A DNA stretch of 50,844 nucleotides from Ancylonema sp. (Eukaryota), in NCBI GenBank assembly GCA_050230475.1, contig JBFLGF010000024.1:62001-112844 (forward strand), written 5' to 3'. Below, piece after piece: positions 13,726-25,835 of the stretch (positions within the stretch are counted from its first letter, which is position 1; each line of letters begins with the position of its first letter). The position numbers were made by a program, and so were the translations under genes. The notes below the pieces were generated by a model. That model searched no databases. It saw nothing but the letters and a program-made list of their open reading frames with translations, and had not been told where the DNA came from.

Positions 13726-15014
13726 CTGGAAGGTGGACTTGGTGTTGTCCTGGGCAGCTCCAGCAGTATCCTTGGCTGCCTGGCTTGTTTGATCAGCAGC
13801 TCTCTGGGCGTGGTGGCCAGCTTCGTGGGCACCATGTTGTGCGTGCTGACCAGCCTTGTGGCCATGCTGTGGAGAGAAAATAGAAGTTCAGTTGTCAATA
13901 CTCATCCGGTGCTGCGTATTTCTTGCCACTAATTTGAGTGATGCAGTGATAACTGTTGCACGACTTATCGATCTGGATGCAGATAACAGCCTTCTTCTGG
14001 CTGTACGTTCTGTCAACTGAGTGAGGGTTGTAGAAGATTTACGAGTACACTTAGCTAGATCCATACATATGTTTAGATCTTATGCACACTTACGTGTTGC
14101 ACTTTATCTCCAGCCATGCCGGGGGTCTCTTTGGTTTGCTGAGCGGCATTCCCCGCACTTTCCTTTGCACCCTGGTACATATCGGATGCCTTGTCACCCG
14201 CAGCCTGGCAGGAAGCACGAAGCAATGGTAGGAGAAATGAGTAAAAAAGCCGGAATGATGCAGCGATGAGTGCAAGTTGGATGGCATGCGGTGAAATTGT
14301 TCTCTACTATCTTACTGCCCTCTACTACGTATGCTGTGGTGCACCAGCACCATATTTTATTACTGTGCTTGTAAATTTCAAATTGACCGCACAATCACAT
14401 GCACATGCTCGTCCCTGCACAGTATTACTTTTCTTTGTTGGTGGTGATACATACATAGAAGTTGAGAGAAGCAAAAGTGTACCTGGAATGTGGATTTAGT
14501 GTTATCCTTGGCAGCTCCGGCGGTATCCTTGGCTGCCTGGCTGGTCTGATCAGCGGCGCGCTGAGCATGGTGGCCTGCCTGATGGCCGTGCTGCAAGGAA
14601 GAGGACAAGAGGATCTGAGGTCAGAGGTAGGCACCGTTTTGTGTGTGTGCTCAATGACGAGAATGTGATGCCGATACGAATTCCGCGTGATAATGTGCAG
14701 CATGCAATGTCGTTTCAATTGCTCACGTGGTGTGCCTTGACCCCAGCCATTCCGAGAGTCTCCTTCGTCTGCTGGGCTGTGTTTCCAGCACTCTCCTTGG
14801 CACCTTGGTACATTTCGGACGCCTTGTCTCCCAGGGTCTGTTCAAAGCAAGGCGGGAGATGAGGATCAGCGGATTCGAGGAATTCGGATTCAGTGTCACA
14901 TTCACGTGTCAACTTACCGAAATTTGAATTCACCATTTCCTCAGGATACAGTATTGGCATGCAGCTAAATGGAAACAAAGGGCTGGAAGTGGTTACTTGC
15001 TGGTTGGAAGCCAT
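13726..15014 (-). CDS. Late-embryogenesis-abundant (group 3 / LEA_4-like) hydrophilin; exons 14997-15014, 14727-14837, 14483-14590, 14094-14204, 13726-13866; last exon and stop unresolved
   Basis: Spliced translation: MASNQQ|TLGDKASEMYQGAKESAGNTAQQTKETLGMAGVKAHH|HGHQAGHHAQRAADQTSQAAKDTAGAAKDNTKSTFQ|AAGDKASDMYQGAKESAGNAAQQTKETPGMAGDKVQH|HGHKAGQHAQHGAHEAGHHAQRAADQTSQAAKDTAGAAQDNTKSTFQ. It is rich in A/K/Q/T/D with roughly 11-residue repeats, and all introns are phase-0 GT-AG. Confidence 0.82.
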
Positions 15015-15117
15015 TGTCGGGGGGACTGGTGAGAGTTGCAAACGTTGATTTGTTGTGATGCTTTCTAGTCACAGAAAGTGAGCAGCGGACTTGTGCACCA
15101 TTGGAGAGAGACATGGC

Positions 15118-15357
15118 TTTATATAGGAGATTCTGAAATCACGATCCAGTCAACCAGCGACGCGCTTACAGGTATTCCACGTCAGACCAGCCTGGCGTGC
15201 AGTGCATTTTCTGGCTCAGTCCACCAAGGGGACACAAGCGGCGATAGCATGTTGGCACTGGCTTCCCAGACGGCCCTGTGTGGTGCAACCTGTCGTTCAG
15301 ACAGAGGACGACGGCGATTCTTGCACGCGCGAAGTTGAGTGGATACGGCAACGTGGC
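15118..15357 (-). promoter_or_regulatory. Putative LEA promoter: TATA box plus ABRE/G-box-like elements
   Basis: TATATAAA on the minus strand at 15118-15125 (about 105 bp upstream of the ATG), TGACGTGG (minus) at 15177-15184, CACGCG (CE3-like) at 15324-15329, and ACGTGGC at 15351-15357. Confidence 0.6.
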
Positions 15358-15861
15358 AGTATCTGTATGGATACCCCGGTAAATCCAAAATCTTGCAAAT
15401 GGCACCCTCACATAGGCACAATCTTGGGGGAATGACTTTTGGGTGCGTAGGGGCGGGAGCCCACAAGGTCGAATCGGTTCCCCAAACGGGCTCGCAGTCA
15501 GAGCCCCCGGGCGAGCTCACGAGGTCAAGGATGGATGTGGCCAAGGGCGTATTGGCTCGTGGGCATCACATGTAGGGTTGTGAAATTAGCATTATCGAGA
15601 TTTTGACCTCGTAATTATCGACCAAATTACCGAAACCACGAAAAAAATGGTAATTCGTAACGTGGACAAGCGAAATTTTACGCTCGGCCAGCTGAGACAC
15701 GAGGTTTGGTCGATATTGAGTCGGAATTTTCACGTCCACACATGGAAGACCAATAGAAACACGGAAAATACAAACTCGTGAGTTTTCTATGATGGCACAT
15801 GTTTGCTTGTTTGCTTGTTCTCTTGTTTGCTCGTTTGTTTTGTTTCTTTGTTTGTTTGTAA

Positions 15862-16105
15862 CATAGTTGGTCCCGATCCATCCCAATCCTCCGCGCTAGA
15901 GGTCGGAAATATGTCTATCGGATCGGAACCATCAAAGAAAAAAAAAAAAAACACATAAAAAAAAAAGGTGGTTTAAGGGACTTTAACACCTTGATGGGTT
16001 GCACGTGAACCTTTTTTTTCTTCCGAATCGCATATAATGTTCGGCGCCTCCGAGCCGGATCACTACGGGAGCGGAAATTTCTCGATCGGATCGTGACAAG
16101 CTATG
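15862..16105. mobile_element. Putative MITE with CATAG termini
   Basis: Imperfect TIRs CATAGTTGGTCCCGATCC and CATAGCTTGTCACGATCC (reverse complement of the right end), with internal GATCGGA repeats. TSD not preserved. Confidence 0.6.
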
Positions 16106-18600
16106 AATTGAAGTATATGAGGTGGATATATAAGAATGGTTACCGAGGGTTTGAATGATTACGTGTCAAATGACGCGTAATTCACTGTCAAGCGTGATTG
16201 TCAAAGTAACGTTTTCAGCTGTAATAACATTCTAAGTTTATGATCAGAACTCTTTTTTGGGTTGAAGCGAGTGGAATCTACCATCTAAAGTTCCCGCTGA
16301 TGGTTTGCTCGTCTGTCCTCTACTCTTACAATTGTTGACTAATCTAGAACCCGCCCGTGAGAAACTATCACTGTCATCTCCGCAACAGAGTTTGGGTCGT
16401 CAAGCCATGATGTCGACAATCTAGGGTGTACGCTTTGCCTCTATCGAGAGCACATTGACCCACATCTAGTGTTTGGTTGAGTTGAGTTGTTTACGGTATA
16501 ATTACCCGATTGGAGTGCTAGTTATTCACTCCTATGAACTCATGTCCTTGCTCTGTTTATCTATCACATTGACCATCTCTCGTGTAGTATGAGTTGAGCA
16601 CTTGCAGTGTTTTACTAGATCCGTTTTTCCGCCTTCCGTAACAACAAGAGTTATTTAGAATTACGTGCAACTCAATTTTATAAATGCAACGTAGAAGGAA
16701 GTCGTTCTCGTTTTCTCGTGCCAATTTCCTTTCGTCATGTCGTTTACCATATAGAACAATTATATCATTGCAGTATCATATCGTCTTTGTCTTGACGTGG
16801 TGGAATACATCGGTAGGGGTAAGTTGTTGTTGACGTAGGTATTCGATGAAATATGTCGACTTTCTCACGAGTCGACATAATTGTGGAGGTATCAATGCCG
16901 TAGAAGTAATAAACAAGTGCGGGGTCCACGCAACGCATTTCGCTTCCTTCACTCGCGGAATGATTGCAAGCGATAAAGGTTATCGGGCAACTACCGTGCT
17001 TGATTCGCTTATGCTTGTCGTAAGTACTACCTTGCTTGCAACGTTACGTTCTCGCGACAACAAAAGCAACTTTTGTGGTATAAAATCAAGACGAAACCAA
17101 AATTGACGACGTCCATACCAATACTTATTTGATTGCAAGTGCAATATGTTGTTTGCAAAGGCTATACATAGCAACAAAGAGACGTGCGATTCGAACTGCC
17201 GGGTTGAGCGTTAACTTGTAAACAACAATCCGTAAACAACAAGATGAGAGTGCAACATATGCGGCAACTCTAATGATGAAAAAAACTCAATGAAATAATG
17301 ACAATGAACACGATGTGTGCAACAAAAAATACCAATAACAAAAATCAAGTAAATCAACATTCGAATATGCAAAACGATAAGTTCGTTACCAACGATGGCA
17401 TAGCTCGAAAATCACAAGATTCAAGAACGCAGAGTGAGGCGGCAATTGTGGAGACGATGAAAAATGTGATAATGCAAAAGTATTTCAACGACACATCTAG
17501 TGACGTCTCCTATTTGCGTGCCGGGTACAGAGCCATCAATGTACTTCATAGTTGGCTCTGCCCCGGGCGGAGAAAACGGGACGGATCAAAGGCCCAAATA
17601 CCCGGAAAACTCGCCGCAATGCGGAGATATGGTCGATTTTCTCCAAAATTGGCTTCCTGAGGAGTCTGCCTACCTGAAGCCATGCGCCACACGTGTGACG
17701 TCATCTCTTGTCGACCATGAGTCCGGCTTCATGGTGTGGCGTTGCATGATGCGGGAAAAATGGATTAATGAAAATTGGAAATTTGATGCACTCCAAAAAA
17801 ATATTAAACGGATGAAGTGCGCAGGCGTTTCTAAATGCATAAACACTCGAATACTTGTCGGATTTGATTTTTACAAAGATGCACATGATACATGCCGTTT
17901 GGATCCTTTTGCAATAAACATAAAAAACCTATATTACTCAATTTGGGCGGATTTTTATTCGCCCGTTGCGCCACCGAGAAGGAAAATTTTCCATCGGAAT
18001 TTGCAGGGTAGAGTCAACTATGGTGTAGGACCATAGTTGGCTCCTACAACCTACCTCACCTACCATGTAGGTGACGTACTTTCAAGTGTTTGCCATCTCG
18101 GGATACAAGTGATATCAACATGATAATCATCGTAATGTGGTGACATTAATGCCAAAAAGTGAACATCGCAAGCATTCATGATCTAGCATCATTTCAACAA
18201 GAATCGATGAAGGAAAGCATTCTAAGTACCATGAATGCTTACTACTTCAGAAAGCGAAATGACTATGCTACAAATTCGTATACTACTAATCATTATTGGT
18301 CGACAAAACAATAATGTACAAGGGGCTTATTGGTGACTCTTACCCTATGCAGTTGCAATACATCTACGTCTCTTGTGCACGAGAGAGAGCTAGACCCGGG
18401 TGAGATTCAAGCGCTACACGCTCAAGTGCTACAGCGGTCATGGCACATTCCCAAAGCCACGACTACCTCATCATGCATAATTTGTTTGCCTCCTCGAAGG
18501 CTACAAAGCAACACTCTTGTTGGGTAGTTGGCTTTGCGACCTCTCATACTAGACATTCCTTAGAGCATATTTCTTTGAATGTTACATAGCATCCTTATGC

Positions 18601-21600
18601 TCATGCCAACCCCACTTTCTTAACAATTTGCACCACGTCCTCGTCCTCCAACTCATGCTCCTACAAACGCACTCGGTAGCAAGTGTAAGGAACTCACATG
18701 GGAGGGAGTCGATGACTAGGCTAGGACGTTTAAATCTTTGCACAAAAGCCAACCACCCAAGTTCTTGCTCTATGCATGCACTCCCACCCACGAGGCCGCG
18801 AACAAAAAATGCAAGAGTAGATGACTTGTGAATCCAACATTTATGAATTCCATTTTCCTTGTCAAATGCGAGTGATTGGATCCCTAGAGCACCACTCTAG
18901 TCCTAAAGTTTCTTAATTGTAAACCAATTTGTAGTTCGAAAGTAAAGATTTCTGATTCGCTGTTTGAAACTTGCACTCGGTTAATTGTTGTATCGTTATC
19001 GTAATTTTGAAGCTTCAAGGGGCTCAAGTCCCTCCAATGCCATGACATATCCGACACTCTCCAAAGGGTTTGTAGACTCACCTTCCCCACCCTTTGGGGT
19101 TTATGCTTTGCACTTGAACCCCACACCAGCGCACTGCCACCCACCCCCCAACCCCACCCGAACTCGTTACCCCACCCCCTCCCACACTCTCTCCCTCAAA
19201 AAGGTGGTCCAGACCCCTGCTCACTATTTGAACTGTTTCGCCATGTCCTTATGAATCCGCGTGCAATAGTCCTCCACGCTCCTCCTATTGGCCGAGCAGA
19301 TGACGGGGTCCTCGTAGTCCGGATTACACCCCCTCGGTTTGGTGTACACCCGGATTAGGTTCAAATACTCCCACACCTTCTCCAGCAGCCCGTCCAGATT
19401 CCACTCCAGGTGCGCGCTCACGGGGCAGTAGTGGGGTAAGCGGTCCAACACCTGCAGCTCCTCCAGCGAAATCTGGTCGATTTTGTTGACGGCGTACACG
19501 CAGGGGATGTACATTCGACTGCCCTCGATGACGTCGATCAGGTCGTCCACGGTGGCGTCGTACCGCAGGCTGACGTCGGCGTTATGGATCTTGTACTCGG
19601 AGCAGATGGCTTTCACGGTTTCCAAGTCAAGGTTGGTGACGGTGCAGGTGGAGGTGAGGGAGACGCCGCCCTTGTCTTTGCGGCGGAACGTCAGGTTTGG
19701 GGGCTCCTTGTTTAGTCTGGGCAAAGGGGGGGAGCACGGCATTTTTTTGGTCCATTCATTGCTCTCGGATGTCCCTATGTCTCTTTGAGCACTCTGACAC
19801 AGCCCCCTGTAATCTCCTCAGATCTGAAGTGTCATCTAGATGCCCCCCCCTGCTTCACTATCAGCACTCCAGCACAGCCAATGACACATAAACTTATGGA
19901 GGGACTTGTTGATATTAATGTACTTACTACTTACTACTTACTACTTACTACTTACTACTTACTACTTACTACTTACTACTTATTTCGCAGGCACTTTTCA
20001 TGGTCCCATGCACAATTGTGTCCCTCCACCTGATTCCGAACCCCTCCAGCTCCTTCTCTATCAGTCTCTTGTGCGTGATTGGTTTGATGGCGTCAAGCAC
20101 AATCACAATGCAGTTGCACGTACGTGCTGTTGAAATCACCTGAAGGCATCCATCCCCCACAGAAGACTCAACCTATGAATAACTGGTCCCCCCCCCCCTC
20201 TGTGCTGCCCACGTGGCACTCCATCCCCCTGCCACCTGCCTAGCCCCTACCCTTCTGACCCCTACCCATAGGATTATCGACTGTGACTCCCATTTTTTCT
20301 GGTCCCCACAGGTAAGAGGTGAAGCCTACATGTTTCTTCAGATGTTTTGTGTGCCTTTCAATTTATGTTGGTCCTCATCCCGAACCCACCCTGTTTCCTC
20401 TACAGTACACTGATATTGATCTGCACATGTCTCCTTGGTGCCTGTATGCCAGATAAAGTTGATAGCTATTGATTTCTGCTAAGCTTTTCTTGCAAAGCGA
20501 GGATTTGCTGACATGCCTACGTCCACCCTTGTTGCGTCAGTAGCACTTGTTTCGCCCTCGCGTTTCCTTCCTCTTTCTTGATTTCTTGACATATCCCTTT
20601 GGTTTTCAAATGGTCGTGATATTTCACCATAGTATGTCTCAGACCTTCAATCGTGTCCCACGACTGCCAACAAAAAAAGGGCAAGGTCATGAAGCCTCTT
20701 TTTCTTTCATACTCATCAAGGATGGAACAATATAGCCCCTGCATTCTTCAACCCTACACCCGACACCTAGATTCGAACTCCACACCCCACCCTTCCAAAC
20801 TCAAACTGCTTCTACGACCGTTTGTTTTATCATAAAATTTTGTTTCATTTCATGTCTTGTCCTCTCCCCCGACCCCGGTCCTCACCTGCCACCCTCTCCC
20901 CTTCCCGTCCTTGGCCCCCTCAATGATTCCGGGCAGGTCTAACAACTGCACAGGAGCAGAACACACCCAATAAATAACCACATAAGGTTATTGTTTAAAC
21001 CCCTGGACTATCCAAAAAACAATAGAAAAAACAGAAACCCTAAAAAAGGAATCGGTAAAAGCCCCTGCTGCTATGATGCCTTATGATAATAATACACCTG
21101 TCCAAGGTCGACCACAAAACCCTAGCCAAATTATCCCACCAATTTGATTCCCCACCCTACCTGAATCTTTGCACCTCTATAACGGATGACTCCAGGAATA
21201 CAAGTCAAGGTGGTGAATTCGTATGAAGCCACCTGGAGACACCCCAGCATCGAAATCAAGCCAACTCACCACCTAGTAGCACATGCTTGCCACCTGGCAG
21301 CTGTGTCTCCGTTTACCCGGAACCTATTTCTGGGAAAAAAATTCTGCGCAAATTATTCTTCTTTTGACTGTTCCCAGGTGGCAAGACAACACAACAGAGT
21401 CATAAACTCAAACCCGCCCCGCTCTTACAGTACGTGTGCAACCTCAATTACTATTTGCCAACCCTTCCCAGCTCGTACAAAAGACCGTTTACAACTCATA
21501 CACGTGAGACCAAATTTCAGAACCTAAATCGCAGCGACCAATAGTAGGTCCATCATGAGAGTCTCCATCCACACCAACCTCGGAAAAAGTGCCCGTTAAT

Positions 21601-22577
21601 TTATTCAGCAGAGTGGACTTGCCGACAGAGGGAAATCCCACAAGACCCACGCGGGAATCCCCGCTTTTCGTCTCATCAAAACCCTCGCCAGCACCCCCCG
21701 CCTTGCCTCCGCTGGGGGGAGCGAGAATTTCTCGCCTTAATGTGGCTAGTTTGGCCTGCAAACAGGTGTTCGAGTTCAGGATTAGGGTTTCTTAGGGTTC
21801 AGGGATTGCCAAAGGGTCAAGGTGTGACATGGACTCCGCACAAAGCAATAATGACTCAAAAAGTTTCTTCATAGGGTGAAGCTTCAATGGATGTCAAAAA
21901 ACGAGCTAAATTGTCTCCATCTACCCGCAAACCAGACCTCTATCTAGGCAGAAACTAGTTATAGGTTATTAGTAACTAGTAATTGGTACCCAATATTTAA
22001 TGTTCATAACTCTGCTGCTGTTATTTTCGTCCACATCACAGCAGTCTTGTCAAACAGTTACCACTGAGGTTTATCAGGTAAAGAGCCCTCAGGCTCTCGA
22101 GCTTACGTGTGCGACGTATGTCCCTCTCTCCCCATGTCAGTCAGCAATGCCAAACCGAGTAATTGGACCTAGTCATTCAAAGGTGATGTGGTGTTACCTT
22201 TAGTGGTCCCAAGTGATGCGACGTGGCTTTATTTTTTTGCGTCTTCGCCATCTGTTCAAAGCATGCAACACAGCGCGAGGCAGAATACTTGAATTAACTC
22301 TTGGTAGAAGCGAGCTTTTTTATTGCAAAATTGCAATTCCTAAAAATATATAATTTCTTTGCCAATATTCTGCCTATAACATGGTACTCGAGTGAATTAC
22401 AGAGTATTGAACAACCTCGTTATCAGGGGTACGAATATAAATGACATATGGCAATCCTATATTATCTCGAAGAATAGCCCAAGCAGGATATATACATATC
22501 GAAGATTTTATTTCTTACGTATTAAAGTGACATACCTCGTCCTCGACATCTTTGATTTTCTGCATTATTGTCGCCAT
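18601..22577 (-). CDS. DRG1: Developmentally regulated GTP-binding protein (DRG1/Rbg1 type, OBG family); exons 22536-22577, 22198-22251, 21579-21755, 21161-21232, 20886-20945, 20030-20139, 19225-19716, 19082-19133, 18601-18660
   Basis: [30 protein letters not shown]1 [12 protein letters not shown]2 YEFTTLT, G3 DLPGIIEG, G4 NKID, and TGS domain RVYTKP...[34 protein letters not shown]. All splice junctions are GT-AG and frame-consistent. Confidence 0.95.
19921..19981 (+). repeat. (TACTTAC)n heptamer tandem repeat in a DRG intron
   Basis: About 8.5 consecutive copies, directly visible. Confidence 0.95.
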
Positions 22578-22949
22578 GGCTAAGAGTGGAGGTCACTTGC
22601 AGTGCCTTTGAGACTTCAAGCAACTGATATCCGGTCCAATATTTTACAATTCCTTCATAATTCCTTCGACCTGTAACAATCTAACCAGGAACTTGAGCAC
22701 CACAGACTGTGAGAATCAATGCACGGACTGTGAAAACAAATGCAGCGGATTACAGGCCACGTTCAGCTGCAAAGTCTTATTTTGCTCGTAATACTGATGC
22801 AATCATGCCAGAAATCCTATGTGCCATGGATTCTTGGAGCAGCAGATGACCTGTATTTTGTGGTATGGGGTTCAGGTTTCCTGTCGATTGAATAACAACT
22901 TGTAATAACGAATTTCCATTCCGAGTGGTGGCCATAATTACCAAACCAA

Positions 22950-23406
22950 ACCCTATGGCTTTGGACTCATCCAGAACCGAGCCCAAGATCGCGGGCTCGG
23001 AGCCGATTCAGAGCCGATTCAGATCTGAGCTCAGAGTCCAAGATCCGGGATCCGGCCTGGAGCCCGGACCGGAGCCCAAATCATGTCAAATTGCATGGAT
23101 TTTGGGAAATCCAAAACCTGACGTGTTAATTGAAAAACCTGTCTACATATATGATTTTTCCCCGTCCCGACTGTGTTAATTTAGACAGGTTTTACAGTTT
23201 TCGGTAAAACCTGTCTAAAATATCATTGTCCAAAAGTACAACCGCTATCAAAAGAACCAGAAAAGTATTATTTTAGACAGGTTTAATGTATTTCGAAGTT
23301 TTTTTTCGAAGTTTCCTTGATTTTGGGCTCGGAGCCCGGACCTGATCCCAGTTTCAGGCTCACGATAGTAAGGCTCGGATCCGGAGCCCATAGACTCCGA
23401 GCTCTA
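22950..23406. mobile_element. Degenerate hAT-like MITE upstream of DRG
   Basis: Inverted clusters of GAGCC/GGCTC and GAGCCCGGACC motifs at both ends, right end GAGCTCTA (TAGAG-type terminus), and central AACCTGTCTA/TAGACAGGTT inverted motifs. The left terminus and TSD are unclear. Confidence 0.55.
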
Positions 23407-23908
23407 GTTATTTTCTCATCTATAACCACAAACGTGGACAAAAAATAAAGTATTAGGATTTTGTAATCACATATTGTTGGGGTAGGTGGCGTGTCTAAGT
23501 AAATTGTTGTGCAAGGGCACCGATGACATCTTCAATAATCTTCGAACAATATTTCATTTCGATGTGTCATTATCTCCTTACAAAGTGGCGATTGTTTCAT
23601 TATCAAGGACCACGAGTGTGGACACAAAGATTTCAAATAACTTCCCTTTCGTCAAGGTACCAAGTATTCTTAGAGATGCCTCATTCATTGTCGCTACACC
23701 TTCGAACGCGGACTCACCATGCGACTTGATTGCTTCCGTATCAGGGCCCTGCTCGTCGAAAATGAGGCCAAGGATCGTGATGTGTTGAATCTTGTCAAGT
23801 TCAGTTGCTGATGTGGGCACGCGCTCAAGACGAGGGAAATGCAAATGCAAATGCAACGCAAACGCAATTTCTCTAAGGTCTTCTTTATCGCAGCTCATGG
23901 CACACATA

Positions 23909-24151
23909 CCGTAGTGGCCATACATAAGGACCCGGGTTTTTTAGAACGAATTTATTTAGCTAAGAAACCACCACTTGACCCAACCCGCGCACCCAATATA
24001 ATTTTTGTTAAAATCCTGAAAAATATTTAATATCTAGTGACCCTCATTATAGAATGACCCACTTTTATATATATATATAAAAAATGACTTAATTTGTCCC
24101 GACCCACCCTTTTCAATATTATTTGAGGGTCATTATGTGTGGCCAGTACGG
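23909..24151. mobile_element. Tc1/mariner-like MITE
   Basis: TIRs CCGTAGTGGCCATACATAA and TTATGTGTGGCCAGTACGG, each flanked by TA (23907-23908 and 24152-24153). The interior is AT-rich. Confidence 0.8.
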
Positions 24152-24515
24152 TAACGTGATTGAGTTTAAGGAATTCATGATTTGGCCACTCACATGGTCG
24201 AGGTAGCGAAAACAACATTTTACGTTGTGTAACTTTGGCTGATAGTAGGAACCCCATCGAAACGTGTCCCGAAAGTGAAGCTATTTAACAACTGAGTAGA
24301 GGTTGCCACTTCGCCTTGTCCCGTCCTAGTTGCGCTTGATCGTTGAAGGAGATATTTGCTGGCAGGAGAGGTAGATGCGGGATGTGATTTCCCATATTCG
24401 GTTCGGTTAGAAAGACAACCAAGTGTTTATTAATTGATTTGTTGCCGTATGTTGTCCAAGATTCAAGCACCAAATTATGTCGACTAGTTTACTGAAGTGG
24501 GTGATGTGCAGTAGT

Positions 24516-25175
24516 TAGAGTGGGGGTTAACCCTTAACCCCGATAACCCTTAACCCTTAATCTCGAGGTTAATAGCCTCATTTAACCCTCCTCCCCGAAA
24601 TAGGGTTAAAACCTCGAGGGTATTGGTTAACCCTGATTTAACCCGATAACCCTAAAATTATCAGGTTTAATCAGGGTTAATCAGGGTTAATCACGGTAAG
24701 TCAGGGTTAAAAAGGGTTAGTCAGGGTTATTGAAGGGCTAATTTTGCCGCCGCCGCCGCCGGCGGGACGGGTACTTCCGGGTACAGATAAGCTGGTCTAT
24801 ATTGCGGCTATTAATAACCTGTCTAAATTTATAAAAAATATTCCACCCGAGCTTCCGTCCGATAATTTGGGTGAATTATTAACCTCTCTAAATAAATAAC
24901 CTGTTGTAATTAATAAACTGCCCGATTTTTTTTTCTGTTTCGATTCCGTCATATTTATTTTGACAGATATTTCAGGGTTAATGACCCTAGGGTTAATCAG
25001 GGTTAAGCAGGGTTATCGGGGTTATTCAGGATATTCAGGGTTAATTAGGGTTAATTAGGGTTAATCAGGGTTAATCAGGTTTTTTCAGGGTTAAAAGGAT
25101 TTATCAGGGTTAAAAGGGGTTTTTTCAGGGTTACGACTTAACCCTGAAAATAATTTCAGGGTTACCCCCACTCTA
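24516..25175. mobile_element. hAT-like MITE with telomere-like subterminal repeats
   Basis: TIRs TAGAGTGGGGGT(T)AACCC, perfect 8-bp TSD GCAGTAGT (24508-24515 and 25176-25183), and arrays of T(C/T)AGGGTTAA and TTAACCC. Confidence 0.92.
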
Positions 25176-25835
25176 GCAGTAGTGCACTCAGTGGTGACAA
25201 GGTGATGATGTACACTTATCATCTGAAGTGTCAAGCTCCCAAAAGATTTTGGTGGAATAGACTCCCTGTTGTTTGAAAAATCAGAGGATTTTCCATTTCT
25301 GAAGCACAAAATGAGCATACAACATTCTTTCCATCATACTGATCACCACACCATAATCACCTCACTGTAAGCGCCACAAAACCCACCAGACCACCAACTC
25401 CGGTGCCAAGAGTATACACTAGAATTATATTGAGGACTACACAAGCAAACCCATTGAAAAAACCCGAAAAACACACGATGCTGATGAGGGCTTCTAGGTA
25501 CCCTTTCACCCTATCACCCTTATATTCGAGGTGTTCTCCAGGCTGTTTATATAACAAAACAAAAAAACATACTTGTACGTATGTACAGGCTGTTCATACA
25601 CCCTCCCTCCTATACAAAACAAGAAAACTTGCGACACACTACGGCCTCAAATATGACCTGCATATACTGCCACCTGGCAGTTCCCAAATGTGCCACTTGG
25701 CCCCTGCTCATATCTGCTGGAGGGTATCCGCTACTCTCCCAAAAACCCCTTGTGCCAGGTGTCAGGTGCCAGGAAGCACACCATGCCACCTGGCACAAGT
25801 GCAGAGGCAAAAAGAAGGCCAGGAAGCAGTTCAAC

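Noticed and set aside
20886..22251. RNA editing restoring the conserved DRG residues
   Set aside because: It would need C-to-U, U-to-C, C-to-A and A-to-U changes in one nuclear mRNA. No single known editing system fits.
24516..25175. True or interstitial telomere / chromosome fusion site
   Set aside because: The repeat unit is a degenerate 10-mer, and the block is bounded by TIRs and a perfect 8-bp TSD, which indicates a transposon.
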